Source of the DNA: a virus
Lineage: Duplodnaviria > Caudoviricetes
Length of the DNA stretch: 64,000 bases
IMG/VR virus record: IMGVR_UViG_3300033075_000275
Span: 1 to 64,000 of that record
Direction: 5' to 3' (one strand)
Shown: positions 28,731 to 40,400 of the stretch, piece after piece
Layout of the letters: every line of letters begins with the position of its first letter
Position numbering within the stretch: position 1 is the stretch's first letter
Position numbers and translations under genes: made by a program
The notes under the pieces: generated by a model
What the model was told of the DNA's origin: nothing
The model's input: only the letters and a program-made list of their open reading frames with translations
Database searches by the model: none

Positions 28731-29732
28731 TCAGGATGCTACCTTGACATCCCTTACGTGTACCCATGCATCCAGGTTCTCAACCTGCACGCCTGTACGG
28801 ACATAAACTGTGTACTCGATTGCGTCCTTCTTTGGCTTGAATTCACGGTAAACCTGTACCTCACGCTTTACTCCCCAAATACGGTTCTGTGGGAACGTAA
28901 GATCAATGTCACCATGCTCTCCTACTGCACCGGAATACGATCCAGCAAGAGTCTCGTCATATAGAGGAACCTCGACTACGGGAATTCCGAACGCTAGTGC
29001 AGAGACGTTACCGGGAGCCGAAGGGCTACCGACAATCACTGATGCAGCGATTGATTCAGGCGTTACGGCAATGTTTGTCATACCGTATACGTAATCCTGA
29101 GTCAAGTTGCTTCCGGCGTAGAAGCGCAACTGGTTACGACGCTGTAGGTACTTACGAGGCATGTTCTTGATTGCCTGATTAAATACGTACTTACCGTCAG
29201 TTGCACCCGATCCAGAAAGCGTTGCTCCACCAGCCGAAATCACTCTACCACCATCTAGGGCTAACTTGCGGTAGCCATTAAATGACTTCAAAAGCGGGTC
29301 TGCTGAGTGAACGACTGTATCACCGTTGATTGCCAAGTCCTCAACATCGTTACCGAATTGAGTAGCCATCAGACGAGCGATGTGATCTTCCAGGCCTGCG
29401 CCCTCGATGTTATCTTCCAAAGACTCAGTTGTCAACTCGTAGTCCAAACGGAGTTTCGTAGTTGTAAGAGAAATCTTTGTGAATGTAGCATCTTCGTTCA
29501 CACCGTCATCGACACCCTCAGTGGCCTTGCGTACAATACGCTGACCAACATTTACCTTGTCAATATCAACCGTGTCAGCGCGCATTCTTACTGTGCGGCC
29601 TTCCTTTGCGAGAACTGTTGTATCCCACATGTAGTCGATGAAACGGTTGGACTGTTCTGCGTTCAACAGACCACCACTGTCAGCACCAACCTCTGTGGTA
29701 TTGATTACCTTCTCTAAAAGTTCGTTGCTCAT
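28731..29732 (-). CDS. major capsid protein (HK97 fold)
   Basis: GGLLNAEQSNRFIDY..ATQFGNDVEDLAINGD; follows protease; strong terminator. Confidence 0.92.
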   Translation of the reverse strand: MSNELLEKVINTTEVGADSGGLLNAEQSNRFIDYMWDTTVLAKEGRTVRMRADTVDIDKVNVGQRIVRKATEGVDDGVNEDATFTKISLTTTKLRLDYELTTESLEDNIEGAGLEDHIARLMATQFGNDVEDLAINGDTVVHSADPLLKSFNGYRKLALDGGRVISAGGATLSGSGATDGKYVFNQAIKNMPRKYLQRRNQLRFYAGSNLTQDYVYGMTNIAVTPESIAASVIVGSPSAPGNVSALAFGIPVVEVPLYDETLAGSYSGAVGEHGDIDLTFPQNRIWGVKREVQVYREFKPKKDAIEYTVYVRTGVQVENLDAWVHVRDVKVAS

Positions 29733-29767
29733 TTTGTTATTTTTCACCTACCTTTTTATTTGTAATT

Positions 29768-31018
29768 TCAGATATCGCGGGTTGAAAGGAAGCGCCCGCC
29801 CCATACACCGGTTTGTTCTGATTTGGTGATGGTTTCCTCAGACCCGCCAAGGTCTGCGGACTTCTGTACAGCAGCCTGCTTGTCAATGGCCGCTAGGCCC
29901 TTTTCCACGCGCTCAACTCCTTCGTTGAGAGCGCCAACAGACTTGCTTAAATCTTCATACTTTGCTTCGAATGCCTCAAAACGGCTCTCTACGCTCTTTT
30001 GCAGTTCATCAATTGTTGTGATTACTTCTGCCAAGCGGTCAGCACTCAATGCCTTCGCCGCCACGTCATTAACATAAGCGCGCAAATCGTCAAGGCTCTT
30101 AACAAGATCAGGCTCGCCCGACTCGTCAACCTCCGAAACCTCCGCTGCCTTTTCTTCGACAACTACTTCATCGGATACTACCTCTTCGACAACATCTGCC
30201 TTTTCTACTATTTCTGTGTCCATTTCGTTACCTCCTTCGCCAATATTCTTTTCTACCTGCGTGAGTTCCGAAACTGAGTCGGGCAGGGAGTCGTTGTGCA
30301 TCGAGGCCATGACAGCCTTAATCGCCAATACCTTTTCATTGGCTGATGCTACATCTTCAATCCATCCTATATTATTCATCTGGCACCCGCACGAAACACA
30401 TTCGGCAGATTCACTATCACTAGTCTTGGCAACGGAATCATTTTCGCAATAGAATACGTTTAATGTTTTTGTGTCTACGGCCATTCCGGTCACAACACCG
30501 TCCTTAACCTTCACAACTGACAAGACATTAGCGAGTTGATTCGCTGGTGAATCCACTAGGCTCAACTCCACCATTTCATAATCAGTTACAACGCGAATGG
30601 TCTTATCCATCTCTGCATCGTAATAAACATCTGCATCCTTGATTTGTGCGCCGATTGAGAATCCACTCAAAGTGCCGTCCAATACCTTTTCCCAAGTATC
30701 CTGGGCGCCCTTGGAAACATATGCAGTAACATAGATTCCGCTGTACATCTTTGATGTGGTCGGGTCATAGTAGGCTTCCTGTGAAAATGATAGAACCTTG
30801 CCAACTGCCACCGGGGCGTGCATCTCACGTAGATTTCCACGGAAGGTGTCAAACGCCTTCACGCTGGCCTCGTATGAAACAATGTCGTCCTGACGATCAA
30901 CATTGTCAAGGGTCGCAAATCCACTCACAGTCCGCTTTTCCTGATCTACTTTTTGAAAAGGAACGCTGAGAGAAAGACTATCTCCGTTTGTATGCCAATG
31001 ATTTTTCTCTATTTTCAT
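29768..31018 (-). CDS. HK97-type prohead protease with C-terminal scaffold-like coiled coil
   Basis: VSGFAT..DRQDD..EMH..GFSIG..ELSLVDSPAN. Confidence 0.92.
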   Translation of the reverse strand: MKIEKNHWHTNGDSLSLSVPFQKVDQEKRTVSGFATLDNVDRQDDIVSYEASVKAFDTFRGNLREMHAPVAVGKVLSFSQEAYYDPTTSKMYSGIYVTAYVSKGAQDTWEKVLDGTLSGFSIGAQIKDADVYYDAEMDKTIRVVTDYEMVELSLVDSPANQLANVLSVVKVKDGVVTGMAVDTKTLNVFYCENDSVAKTSDSESAECVSCGCQMNNIGWIEDVASANEKVLAIKAVMASMHNDSLPDSVSELTQVEKNIGEGGNEMDTEIVEKADVVEEVVSDEVVVEEKAAEVSEVDESGEPDLVKSLDDLRAYVNDVAAKALSADRLAEVITTIDELQKSVESRFEAFEAKYEDLSKSVGALNEGVERVEKGLAAIDKQAAVQKSADLGGSEETITKSEQTGVWGGRFLSTRDI

Positions 31019-31057
31019 GGTGTTTTCATAATAGTAGCAAATAAATTAAAAAGCAAA

Positions 31058-32620
31058 TTACGCCGTTGTTCTGCCACTACCTTGTGTATTTCTTCCCTCC
31101 CCTGCTGAATCTGTTTGATTATTTGTACGCTCCTGGTCGCGCGTTCTGGTCTGTCCCTGCTGGGCTCGCGCTTCGGCTGCCTGCTGTGGCTTCAAATCAA
31201 CAACCTTATCGCCGCCCTTCAATGGCGCTAGACCCTGACGGGCACGAATCTCATTCGGAGTCAACCACTGATTTCTGATTCCACGCTCGTCAATCTTTGA
31301 CTGAGTGTCCTCATCGGTCAGAGTTAATTCGTTCAACTTGACAACAAAAATGTCGGTGAACTCAGCAATGATACGATTAAGCCGCTTTTCCAAACGTGCC
31401 TGTTCTGGCCTGGTTACCTGCTCCTTGAAATTCTTGTCAGAATCTCTGGCAGCCGCCAGACCAACGCCGTCCATGATTCCAACCTTTGTCAAAGGAACAC
31501 GGTGGCTCATCAATACCTCGTCACGATTGGATTTACGATACTGATTGAATGAACTGTCCTGCGAGCCCGACTCGATTGGCTTGATTTCAAGCGACACCTT
31601 TGCTTCCGGGGTATCTGCTGGTAGAGGAATATATATGCTTCTGTGATTCTTTCCCTTCAATGTTGAAAGGAAGAACTCATGCATACTCTTCTCTGCCTTC
31701 GATCCCATCGAAATACCCTTAGACACAATCATATACTTTGGTACAGCCTTGTGTTCGAAGTAGTCAAGATTAAATCTCTGTGCGAACTCATCACCGGCAA
31801 CCGCCGACTTGGCAGCCATTACATCCGGCACACCATAGTATGTATTAGTGGGACTATATTTCTTTATATGAATTAACTCATTGGGACTTCCATCGCCATT
31901 GAGGGGGTCGGATGTCTTTCTATCGCCAAAGTTTCTGAAAAATACAGTCTTGTTTCCTACTACCTGCACGAACCCGTCTCTATTTACTCGTACTCTAATC
32001 GTAGTAGACGGAGCATGGCCAATATATCCTATTTGTCCGCCCTTAGTCCTACCAATCTCAATATATCCATTGCCAGTAGCCTCGTAGTCGATCCATGCTT
32101 TAGAAAGAACTTCTACAAGAGTATCCTCATCATTGAGAGTATCGAGAAATTCCTTCAAGCGGTTGCGCTCGCGGGTGATCTTTTTACCCATCTTTTCACG
32201 CTTACCGGAATCCTCCACCGCCTCTAGGCGTTCCTTCATGCGGGGCGACTCTATCAACTCCCACCCAAGACCGACAATGTTGGATGTCTTTGCATTTATC
32301 GCTGATCTGTTCGGTGACGAAATGTCATATATCTGGGCCAGATAGTCTAGGTTATATGGAGGCTGGACAACCTGAAAAGCATCATAGCCGGTGTACTGCC
32401 ATGACTCTAGATACTTTGACTTGGCCCCGCCCGTGCCAGTATATGCTTTTTCAATTCCACGGGATATTCTACGCTTTGCTGATAATGAAGCAACACTTAA
32501 TGTCTTAACCTCGTCTCCAGAAACAGCAAACGGATCAGCATTTTTGAATGCCTCGGTATATGTTCCAAGGCTTACTTCTATCTCCGTTGACTCAACACTA
32601 TCCACTGATTCAGCCCTCAT
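31058..32620 (-). CDS. portal protein
   Basis: DYEATGNGYIEIGR..NELIHIKKYSPTNTYYGVP..TPNEIRARQGLAP. Confidence 0.93.
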   Translation of the reverse strand: MRAESVDSVESTEIEVSLGTYTEAFKNADPFAVSGDEVKTLSVASLSAKRRISRGIEKAYTGTGGAKSKYLESWQYTGYDAFQVVQPPYNLDYLAQIYDISSPNRSAINAKTSNIVGLGWELIESPRMKERLEAVEDSGKREKMGKKITRERNRLKEFLDTLNDEDTLVEVLSKAWIDYEATGNGYIEIGRTKGGQIGYIGHAPSTTIRVRVNRDGFVQVVGNKTVFFRNFGDRKTSDPLNGDGSPNELIHIKKYSPTNTYYGVPDVMAAKSAVAGDEFAQRFNLDYFEHKAVPKYMIVSKGISMGSKAEKSMHEFFLSTLKGKNHRSIYIPLPADTPEAKVSLEIKPIESGSQDSSFNQYRKSNRDEVLMSHRVPLTKVGIMDGVGLAAARDSDKNFKEQVTRPEQARLEKRLNRIIAEFTDIFVVKLNELTLTDEDTQSKIDERGIRNQWLTPNEIRARQGLAPLKGGDKVVDLKPQQAAEARAQQGQTRTRDQERTNNQTDSAGEGRNTQGSGRTTA

Positions 32621-32939
32621 GCTGTTGCTTAAACCTCAATTCATCCTGTACTGCGCCGAAGTCATACTCATCCGGCAACAGCCCGGCTGCCATACGCTCT
32701 CGCTGATGCTGATACTCAGATTCAGATACCTTTCTGTGCCCGGCCAGGAAAACTGGCTTGCCGTCAGGGAATCCATAGTGAGCGGCCACGGTCGCCAGGC
32801 GATTCATTTTCTTCACGTCGTATTTGGTCGAGGCTATACTGAGATGATTTCCTTCATCATCCGTTAAATATCTTCCATCTGGTAACTGCCAGACGTATAG
32901 ACCATGATTGGTATGATCAACAACTTGTATTTTACTCAT
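32610..32939 (-). CDS. hypothetical protein upstream of portal
   Basis: 109-aa ORF, leaderless promoter at 32946-32954, coupled to portal. Confidence 0.6.
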   Translation of the reverse strand: MSKIQVVDHTNHGLYVWQLPDGRYLTDDEGNHLSIASTKYDVKKMNRLATVAAHYGFPDGKPVFLAGHRKVSESEYQHQRERMAAGLLPDEYDFGAVQDELRFKQQHEG

Positions 32940-32980
32940 GTGTGGATTGTATCATTTCTATTACTTTAAAGCAAAATATG

Positions 32981-35350
32981 TCAACGTGTGGCACCGGTTG
33001 TCTCCCAACTGTACGAATATGTGAAGATCGCTGGCGTAGATTCGATGTGTTGTACCTCATTTTTGTTCGGCGCTGATCGCTCATCTATCTTGATGGCATT
33101 ATCAGCACTGGCCGCGCCCCAATGCTTTAACATCATATTTTCTGTCATTGCGTAGTCATATGTTGCTATATCGAAAAAGATTACTTCTGGGCCGTCAGCG
33201 AGATTTGCTGTTCCAGTTGCCCCATACTCAATTATTGCTGCTATAGCATCGGTAAGTACCCCGATAATATGCATTGGGCGCTTATCCACAATGGCATAAC
33301 TTCCATCGAGAGTAACATCAACTCCATTGATCTGTATTGTATCAAGACCGCTCCACGTCAACTCCCCCGCGCTTGCGCGCAGGTACGGTCCATCATTGCT
33401 GGAAAAAACATCGAAGTAACCAGTTGTCGGTGGCTGCACACTGGCAACCAATTCTATAGTTCCATATACTTCTTCTGCGGAAACCAATCCACTACGAGAC
33501 TCATCTGCATATGGCAACATCCATGCTCCATCAAATACTCTGACAAGTGTGGGGTGACTATAGTTTTCTCCAAATAAGTATAGCCCGGCTCCTGGCGTTA
33601 GCACATCAGTAGAACCCTCTGACTTCAAGACGGGGCCATCAGCATTATATATCTTAAACCCTATCTTCTGAATGACACTAAAATTAGAAACTTGATACGA
33701 TATTCTGGCCGGATCAACCGTATTTCCAAATTCGCCCGTCTGTGGAATTACTAGATCAGCACTTGGTATCGTGTCGATACCATGCGGCTCTTTGAACGAA
33801 ATAAGTGGATCGAATGTTTTAGATGTTGCTTCATAATCGTCACCGGCTATAGTAATATAACCTCCGACTCCATAATGAGTAATCTGGTGGCCACTGTATA
33901 TTCCTGTACTGGGTGTATCAAAATAGACTCTTATATATGGAATCTTTAACACTGTCATCCTAGCGTTATCATCCATCAACACATACGCGGTTGCCGAGTC
34001 GGTAAGATGCGCCGCCCCAGGCGCAAATACTGTCGTTTCCATTGGAGCAATATTATTGAAATAAAGAAATCCTACCTGATAGATCGGAGTTAATCCATAA
34101 TAATCAACGTCCTGTCCGAATATCAAATTACCCGTATATCCAGACGGAAATAGTGACGGAATGTCTGGATCGGCAGAAAACTCTAACAATGTATCGCCAA
34201 CATATATATTTATCACATCATTGGTAGCAACGATTGATATAGTTGTTTCTATAAGATCATGAGTTGTATCAGATGTATATGAAACAATTGCAACGTTGTC
34301 CCATCCACTAAATTCTACAGTGATATGATCGGTGGAATCTCTGGAAATTTTAAATTTTAGCATATCACTAAGATAACTAACAAGCGTAAGAATGCGGGCT
34401 TCGCCCGGAGCGGCAGCATTGACGTAGAAAGATGTACTACCACTATTTAATGACATATATCTATGAACATCATCAATTCGTATACAACTAGATGCATCCA
34501 ACTCTATTAATCCAAGGGTGCCCCTGGTCGGCGTTGCCGCCGATCCATTTTCAAGATACTGGGCGTAACCGGGGTCATCATCCTCAACGGCCACCAAATT
34601 TCCATCTACATCTATGGACGCATTGGCAACCATTACAGCAGTGAACTCTTTGCCAGTAATCTCCTTTTCAAGAAGCAGGACCGAATCCTTGTCTGTCATT
34701 TTATAGAACTCTCCGCCGTCAGAAATACAAATATCTGAATATAGCATATTAGTCGTTGATATTGCTTCATAGCGTTCACTGATTTCGTCCAGCGAACACA
34801 CCCTGTCATACATGGAAAAATGCCCGATTCGCCTACAGTTTACACTGAATTCTAGACATTCAAGGAATGCATCTGTTCTGATTACATATTCTTCCGGCTC
34901 GCCATCAATTATGATCGCAGCCGCCTGGCCCGTGGAAACGATTGATACGAGATGAATCTCTCGCTGCGGCAATCTGATTGTAAAAATACCGAATCCTTGC
35001 ATTGTTAATTCTAGCGAACCATTTGCATATATGACCTGTAAATTATCTGATGTGATATACGACACATTATTATCAGTTCTATATACCACAAACTCTATTG
35101 TCCATGGCTTTAATTCGGCATCTATTTGGTAGACCCGCCCATCATTAGGGATGGAGTGAGTCTCATCAAAACTTGAAAAGATTGATCCTGGGAATTGCCC
35201 CACAGATGGTGGAACTGTTGACAGATGATCGACAGAGTTTGTAATATCTGCACCGATACGTCCATAGTTATTCGCCCAATCACTGTCTTGGTTCAGTTTG
35301 TAATATGCTAATGGGCTGGATGATCTTACTAAATCTTCATACTTGGACAT
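32981..35350 (-). CDS. virion protein with LamG/concanavalin A-like domain
   Basis: SSPLAYYKLNQ..WTIEFVVY..HFSMYDRVCSLDEISERY LamG-like pattern. Confidence 0.65.
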   Translation of the reverse strand: MSKYEDLVRSSSPLAYYKLNQDSDWANNYGRIGADITNSVDHLSTVPPSVGQFPGSIFSSFDETHSIPNDGRVYQIDAELKPWTIEFVVYRTDNNVSYITSDNLQVIYANGSLELTMQGFGIFTIRLPQREIHLVSIVSTGQAAAIIIDGEPEEYVIRTDAFLECLEFSVNCRRIGHFSMYDRVCSLDEISERYEAISTTNMLYSDICISDGGEFYKMTDKDSVLLLEKEITGKEFTAVMVANASIDVDGNLVAVEDDDPGYAQYLENGSAATPTRGTLGLIELDASSCIRIDDVHRYMSLNSGSTSFYVNAAAPGEARILTLVSYLSDMLKFKISRDSTDHITVEFSGWDNVAIVSYTSDTTHDLIETTISIVATNDVINIYVGDTLLEFSADPDIPSLFPSGYTGNLIFGQDVDYYGLTPIYQVGFLYFNNIAPMETTVFAPGAAHLTDSATAYVLMDDNARMTVLKIPYIRVYFDTPSTGIYSGHQITHYGVGGYITIAGDDYEATSKTFDPLISFKEPHGIDTIPSADLVIPQTGEFGNTVDPARISYQVSNFSVIQKIGFKIYNADGPVLKSEGSTDVLTPGAGLYLFGENYSHPTLVRVFDGAWMLPYADESRSGLVSAEEVYGTIELVASVQPPTTGYFDVFSSNDGPYLRASAGELTWSGLDTIQINGVDVTLDGSYAIVDKRPMHIIGVLTDAIAAIIEYGATGTANLADGPEVIFFDIATYDYAMTENMMLKHWGAASADNAIKIDERSAPNKNEVQHIESTPAIFTYSYSWETTGATR

Positions 35351-35376
35351 AGATCAATTATAGGTTCATTTGGGGG

Positions 35377-35500
35377 AAAAGGCAAGCGGTAGGATGATTG
35401 CCCCTACCGCCGCCCGTAACTAAAACCATCCTAAGTGTAACCTGCACTTAGGCCGAACGACTCCAACGCTGCCAACTCGCGGACTCCGCAGAATCGTTAC
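35377..35500 (-). ncRNA. candidate structured ncRNA (about 120 nt)
   Basis: Own TATAAT (35505-35510) and terminator; several stems; no convincing ORF. Confidence 0.45.
35386..35410 (-). terminator. intrinsic terminator
   Basis: GCGGTAGG..CCTACCGC stem followed by TTGCCTTTT. Confidence 0.7.
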
Positions 35501-35512
35501 TAGCATTATACA

Positions 35513-36025
35513 CTATTTCACGCCCCAATGATCGGGGAAGATTTCTCGTAATCTTCTACCGAATGTGTCACTTGTAGTGTGTGCGCTCATATCTTCATCC
35601 CATACAGCCACCGCAATTTCGTCAACCGTTGGTGCAGTTGAGCCGCCGCCGCCGGTTGTTGAGAACGAAATAGCCTGAACTGGCTGCTGGTAGTTTATAC
35701 GAACAACATAATTACCATCGGTGTTCTTGAACGGATCACCACCACCAGCCACAAGCAGGATACCGTCTCTGACACTCAAAGTATGGTTCGCTTCTTGTGG
35801 CTTTATCTTCCATCCATTTTGGACAAAGACATATATGGGGATATACGTACCGGCAGATGGATCAATTGGATCACCACCAGTTGATGAAAACGCAGGATAG
35901 TATTTTGAGTTATCACTAACTGCAAGCCAGTCCACCCACCGACTCCATAAATCACGTATAGAGACGTTAGTTGTTCCAGCAGTAAGTGTTATTGTCTTAG
36001 TGACTCCATCAAAAACATATCCCAT
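35513..36025 (-). CDS. hypothetical virion-associated protein
   Basis: 170-aa ORF in an operon with the two upstream structural genes. Confidence 0.55.
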   Translation of the reverse strand: MGYVFDGVTKTITLTAGTTNVSIRDLWSRWVDWLAVSDNSKYYPAFSSTGGDPIDPSAGTYIPIYVFVQNGWKIKPQEANHTLSVRDGILLVAGGGDPFKNTDGNYVVRINYQQPVQAISFSTTGGGGSTAPTVDEIAVAVWDEDMSAHTTSDTFGRRLREIFPDHWGVK

Positions 36026-36037
36026 GTCATTATCCTA

Positions 36038-37390
36038 TCACGGTAGGTAGGCGCGGTCCTGCTCAGCAACCAATGAAATACCTTGTCCAGTTGAGCGAGT
36101 GATAGTATATGTTGAAACAACTGGCTTGGCCGACCCTGGATTACCAGCAACAACTGTCACAGACGCATCTGTTCCGGCAGTTCTACCTCCCTGGACGTTA
36201 CCGTCGTAATCAAACGTGAACGGAATTGATCCAGATGATATTGTTCCAGTAATATCTGCATCTGAGGCATCCTGTACCGTAATCGCGCCAGCCAAACCGT
36301 AGTCATTTGATCCTGCTAGATCAGTGAAATACATTCTGTAATATCCCGTTCCACCAGCAGAAAGGAACGAGTTGAAGTTCAGCGTTCCAGTTGCAACGTA
36401 TGGGAATGTACGAGGCGTACCACCCTGATCAGTGAACGTCAATCTGTTCGTGTCATCGGTGTTAAAGTTATCAATGTACACGCCCTGAGTTGTTACGAGC
36501 GTATCACCGACAAAATTCAACAGCGCGGCGGCGGTGCGACCGTTGACTGTTCCAGAACCAGCATCAATATCTGAATCTTGTCGAAGCAAATACTGAACCT
36601 TGGTATAAATCTGCTCAGCCGTAGCATTTGCACCATCAATGATAACGCGGAATTGATATTCGGTTCCACCAATTGTTCTAGCCTGATCTGTCGCATAATA
36701 CGTCACATCAATACTTGTGTATGGAGCATCAGCAGCGACAGCCGTGTCATCTGCCTGGATTTTTAGATCATCTTCGTTAGACAGCAGGAGGTTAACAATA
36801 TAGGCACCAGTTGCCGTCTTACCCGTATCTGCAAGAATCGAATCACGATACTTCTTTCCATACTCTCGCACGTAGCCCTTGAAATATGTTCTAGTATCAA
36901 AATTACCATTTGTAGAATCCCCGAACACCTGAATTCCTTCATTTACCTCATCAGTAAAGGTAAAACTAGCAGCAGCGCCGCCGGATGATCGCTGATAGTA
37001 CAACTGCGCACCAGAACTTACTTCACCGAGCGATACAATACCAACATACTGTCTATTCAGTGCCCCGGCATTTGAATATTCTGACCATCCACCATCCCTC
37101 AACATCTGCCTTGTTGCATCATTTCCCGGCTTCCATCCGTTATATGAGTTACCATCGAATCCAAAAATATACTGTCCTGACAGGGCGTCAATGGTATACA
37201 TTGGGAATGGGTATTTATTATATGCGCTTGTTGTCCATAGGTCAACAAACTTAGAGTATAACGCCTGTAGCGTTACACCATCTTTCGCTACCAAATTCCC
37301 GGCAACATTTAACGTGAATGTCTTTGCTGTTGTATCCACAGTCAACTCTGTACCCACATTAATATTATCCGGGTCTATAATCTTTGCCAT
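36038..37390 (-). CDS. virion structural protein
   Basis: 450 aa, beta-rich, T/G-rich; operon context. Confidence 0.55.
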   Translation of the reverse strand: MAKIIDPDNINVGTELTVDTTAKTFTLNVAGNLVAKDGVTLQALYSKFVDLWTTSAYNKYPFPMYTIDALSGQYIFGFDGNSYNGWKPGNDATRQMLRDGGWSEYSNAGALNRQYVGIVSLGEVSSGAQLYYQRSSGGAAASFTFTDEVNEGIQVFGDSTNGNFDTRTYFKGYVREYGKKYRDSILADTGKTATGAYIVNLLLSNEDDLKIQADDTAVAADAPYTSIDVTYYATDQARTIGGTEYQFRVIIDGANATAEQIYTKVQYLLRQDSDIDAGSGTVNGRTAAALLNFVGDTLVTTQGVYIDNFNTDDTNRLTFTDQGGTPRTFPYVATGTLNFNSFLSAGGTGYYRMYFTDLAGSNDYGLAGAITVQDASDADITGTISSGSIPFTFDYDGNVQGGRTAGTDASVTVVAGNPGSAKPVVSTYTITRSTGQGISLVAEQDRAYLP

Positions 37391-37400
37391 TTTTCACTCC

Positions 37401-40400
37401 TTATGGGTTTTTGTAGTTTCTATCTATTGACTGGAATACGGGAATCGTTAGACCCGCCGATCCCAAAATCTGATTATCATATCTGATCCATTGGTATCCA
37501 ACCTTTATCACAGTTATGAACACGTTCACATCGGAACCTGTCCATGTGTATGCATAATCAAATGTACTTCCTATTGTACCTTCTGTTCCCGCTAATTCCA
37601 AACCATCTGATGTCCTATATACATGAATCTCAGAACCAGTAGAAAGACCATATAGTTGTAGGTTCGCCTCTACCGTATCAAGCGGGTAAAGATTATCTTG
37701 CGAGGCTGCTGTAGTGCTTGTTGGTATAGTAATATACGTCAACCCCATGGTCTTTCCAGGCGTATCCGCCGTAATCCTAATTTTCAGCCCGAAACCAGTG
37801 GAAGCACTTATTGTCTCGGTTGGAAGCCTGTTGAATATCAACTGCTGATTTGAATTTGTAACGTCAGCAGTTTGTGACAATGTAATTTGAGTTGCCGAAT
37901 CAATGGACTGAACTGTTACATCAGGCTTGACACCAGGAGCATATACATAATCGCCAGCCGCTATTCCTGCTGTGCTGACCATCGTAACAGTAGCGGAGCC
38001 CGAGGTCACGGCGCATCCCACTTTATATAGAACAAGATTTCGCCAAGAAGCATTGTAGCCAGTACCGGTATCAATTTTGTACTCAACCCGGACAAGACGG
38101 AACGCCGTACAGTTTCCAGATGTACCAGACCCGACCAATGAAATCGTATATGTATTCGCGGTCGGAACGGTGGCAATGGTATAAAGACCGTCCGGCAACG
38201 TACCAGAAGATGCGTCCAAAAATACCTGATCACCAGCAATTAGTCCATGGGCAGTAAATGTAACCGTCACAACGCCTGCGGACCACGTATACGTGGATGC
38301 CTGTGAGACGGGGGCACCAGTTATTATTGCCGGAATGTTAGGAAATGCCGAATGACCGATAATCGTATATGGTGACTCTATAACGGCTTCATCATTGGCG
38401 GCTGGTAGCGATAAACTTGGGGTAGAGGTAAACTGGGCGGACCCGGCCAGCGTCACATACGAAGATGTTTCTGTGGTTGCCTCATTCATAGGGAAGTGCA
38501 ATCTTCCTTGTGTAGTAAGTAGATCAGTCGGAGTAGAGGTCAGGTGTCGCCAAGAAATACAGTTTCCCGCTGTACCCGATCCGGCCAAATCAACTGTGAA
38601 TGAGTTGGCCGCTGACGACCTAACCGTATAAACACCGCTCGCCGTTGCGCCACCAGAAGTAAAATCAAGATACACCTTGTCGCCAACCACATATCCATGA
38701 GCAGTGAATGAAACCGTCACTACGTTACCAGACCACGTATAGGTGGATGCCCGCCGGAACCAATACGTAAAGCAGTCCCAAATATGGGTACCGTACACTG
38801 ATGCGTTAGCGGCAGTCGTCAGCGTCGGCGCGTAGCAGCCCTTTACAGTTGCGTTGAGCGCAGCCACCGTGAGCGTGTAAGCGAGGTTTGTGGAGAGAGA
38901 GCGAGCCGATACCGATTCGTATATGACGTTTTTGTCAGTATTAGTATCGGTGATGAGAGATGTCCTAATGGAGTTCAGATAACACCGTTGCAATTTGATG
39001 CTTGAATTATTACCACCGGAGACGTAGATCGAGGCAGGTTGGGCAGTGTTGACCGTTGCGCTGCTCAGCGGGGTCGTCCGCGTTCCAACATTTCTCATGG
39101 TGATCCGGTCGCACGATGTCACATTGAAGAATCCTGCATATGGATGAACGTCTGAGACTGTATTGCTGTACCCACAGGTGACGCCCTTGATGGCGATATC
39201 CGCGCATTTAGTAATGATTGCAAACGCATACGTAGCAGATGTGACGTTAGTTCGTCCAATGAAGCGGTCAACATGGTCATAATCGTTGACCTCGATGTTT
39301 GCACATGTTGTCATCGTGAACGCTCCGCCGTTGATGCCACGGCAGTCAGTGAACGTCAGATTACGGCAAAGTGATACGTTCCACGATACACCACTGGACC
39401 GCGCAAACTGGATAATTCCCGCTTCGCAATTGATGAAGGTTTGTCCGGCACACAAGGAGAGTGTAACGGCATGGTCGTTGGTGCCTGGGGTGTTGCCGCG
39501 AAAGAACTTCCAGCCTTCAATTGTCCCGCCTGCAAAGCACGACGTAAGAGTAAAGGTTACTAAGTCAAGTGCCTGGTTCATCGAAACGCCGCCGTCGAGC
39601 ATATCAATGGCAGTAGCACACTCCGAGATAGCCATTGCGTCGTACCCGGCCGCTACGTGTCGCAGTCTGATGGAGTACGGCTGCGAGAAATTGTAATACC
39701 AGTCTGAGTAAGCGTACTCATGATCTATAGTTCCAGCACCAGTGGTGGTGAAAGTCGGGCGCGAGGTGTGGGTCGCGTGAGGGCGTGCGTTGGTGGCGCG
39801 AGCCGCTGTCGTACACTGACGCATGATGACATTGGGGATTCGTACCTTGCATCCAGCAGGAGGAACATCACCGATGGTGACGTTCATCGTGACGTTTCCG
39901 GTATCCGATGTGCCTATCCCTGTATCGACGTAGAAATAATCGGTAACTGCGGTATGCAGGATGGTATACGTCCCATCAACACCGGCACCGGACGTGAAAT
40001 CTAGCGCGACCTTGTTACCGAGCGACATTCCGTGAGCGGTGAGGCTGCACCGGAGTCGGGACACACTCACATTGCCTGAAGTGCCCGCTCCCGGCATGGC
40101 AACAGTGAAGTTGTTGGCACCCGTCACAGTCTCGATGGTGTACGTTCCGTCAACACCGGAACCTGACGTGAAGTCAAAGTACAGAGTCTCGCCCGCGTTA
40201 AGTGCATGGCCAGTAATAGTAACGGTCAGAATGTTATTTGCCCAGTTATATGTTCCGGATTGCGTCCAGGCAAGGTACGTTCCAGAGACGCTGTACGACT
40301 GACCGATTTGAAGTTGTCCACTTCCCAGGTCCTTGACGAAACGTTGACGACGGTCTGTCCCACCAGCAGGCCCGCCCAAATGCGTGTGGAGCCAGCCGTT

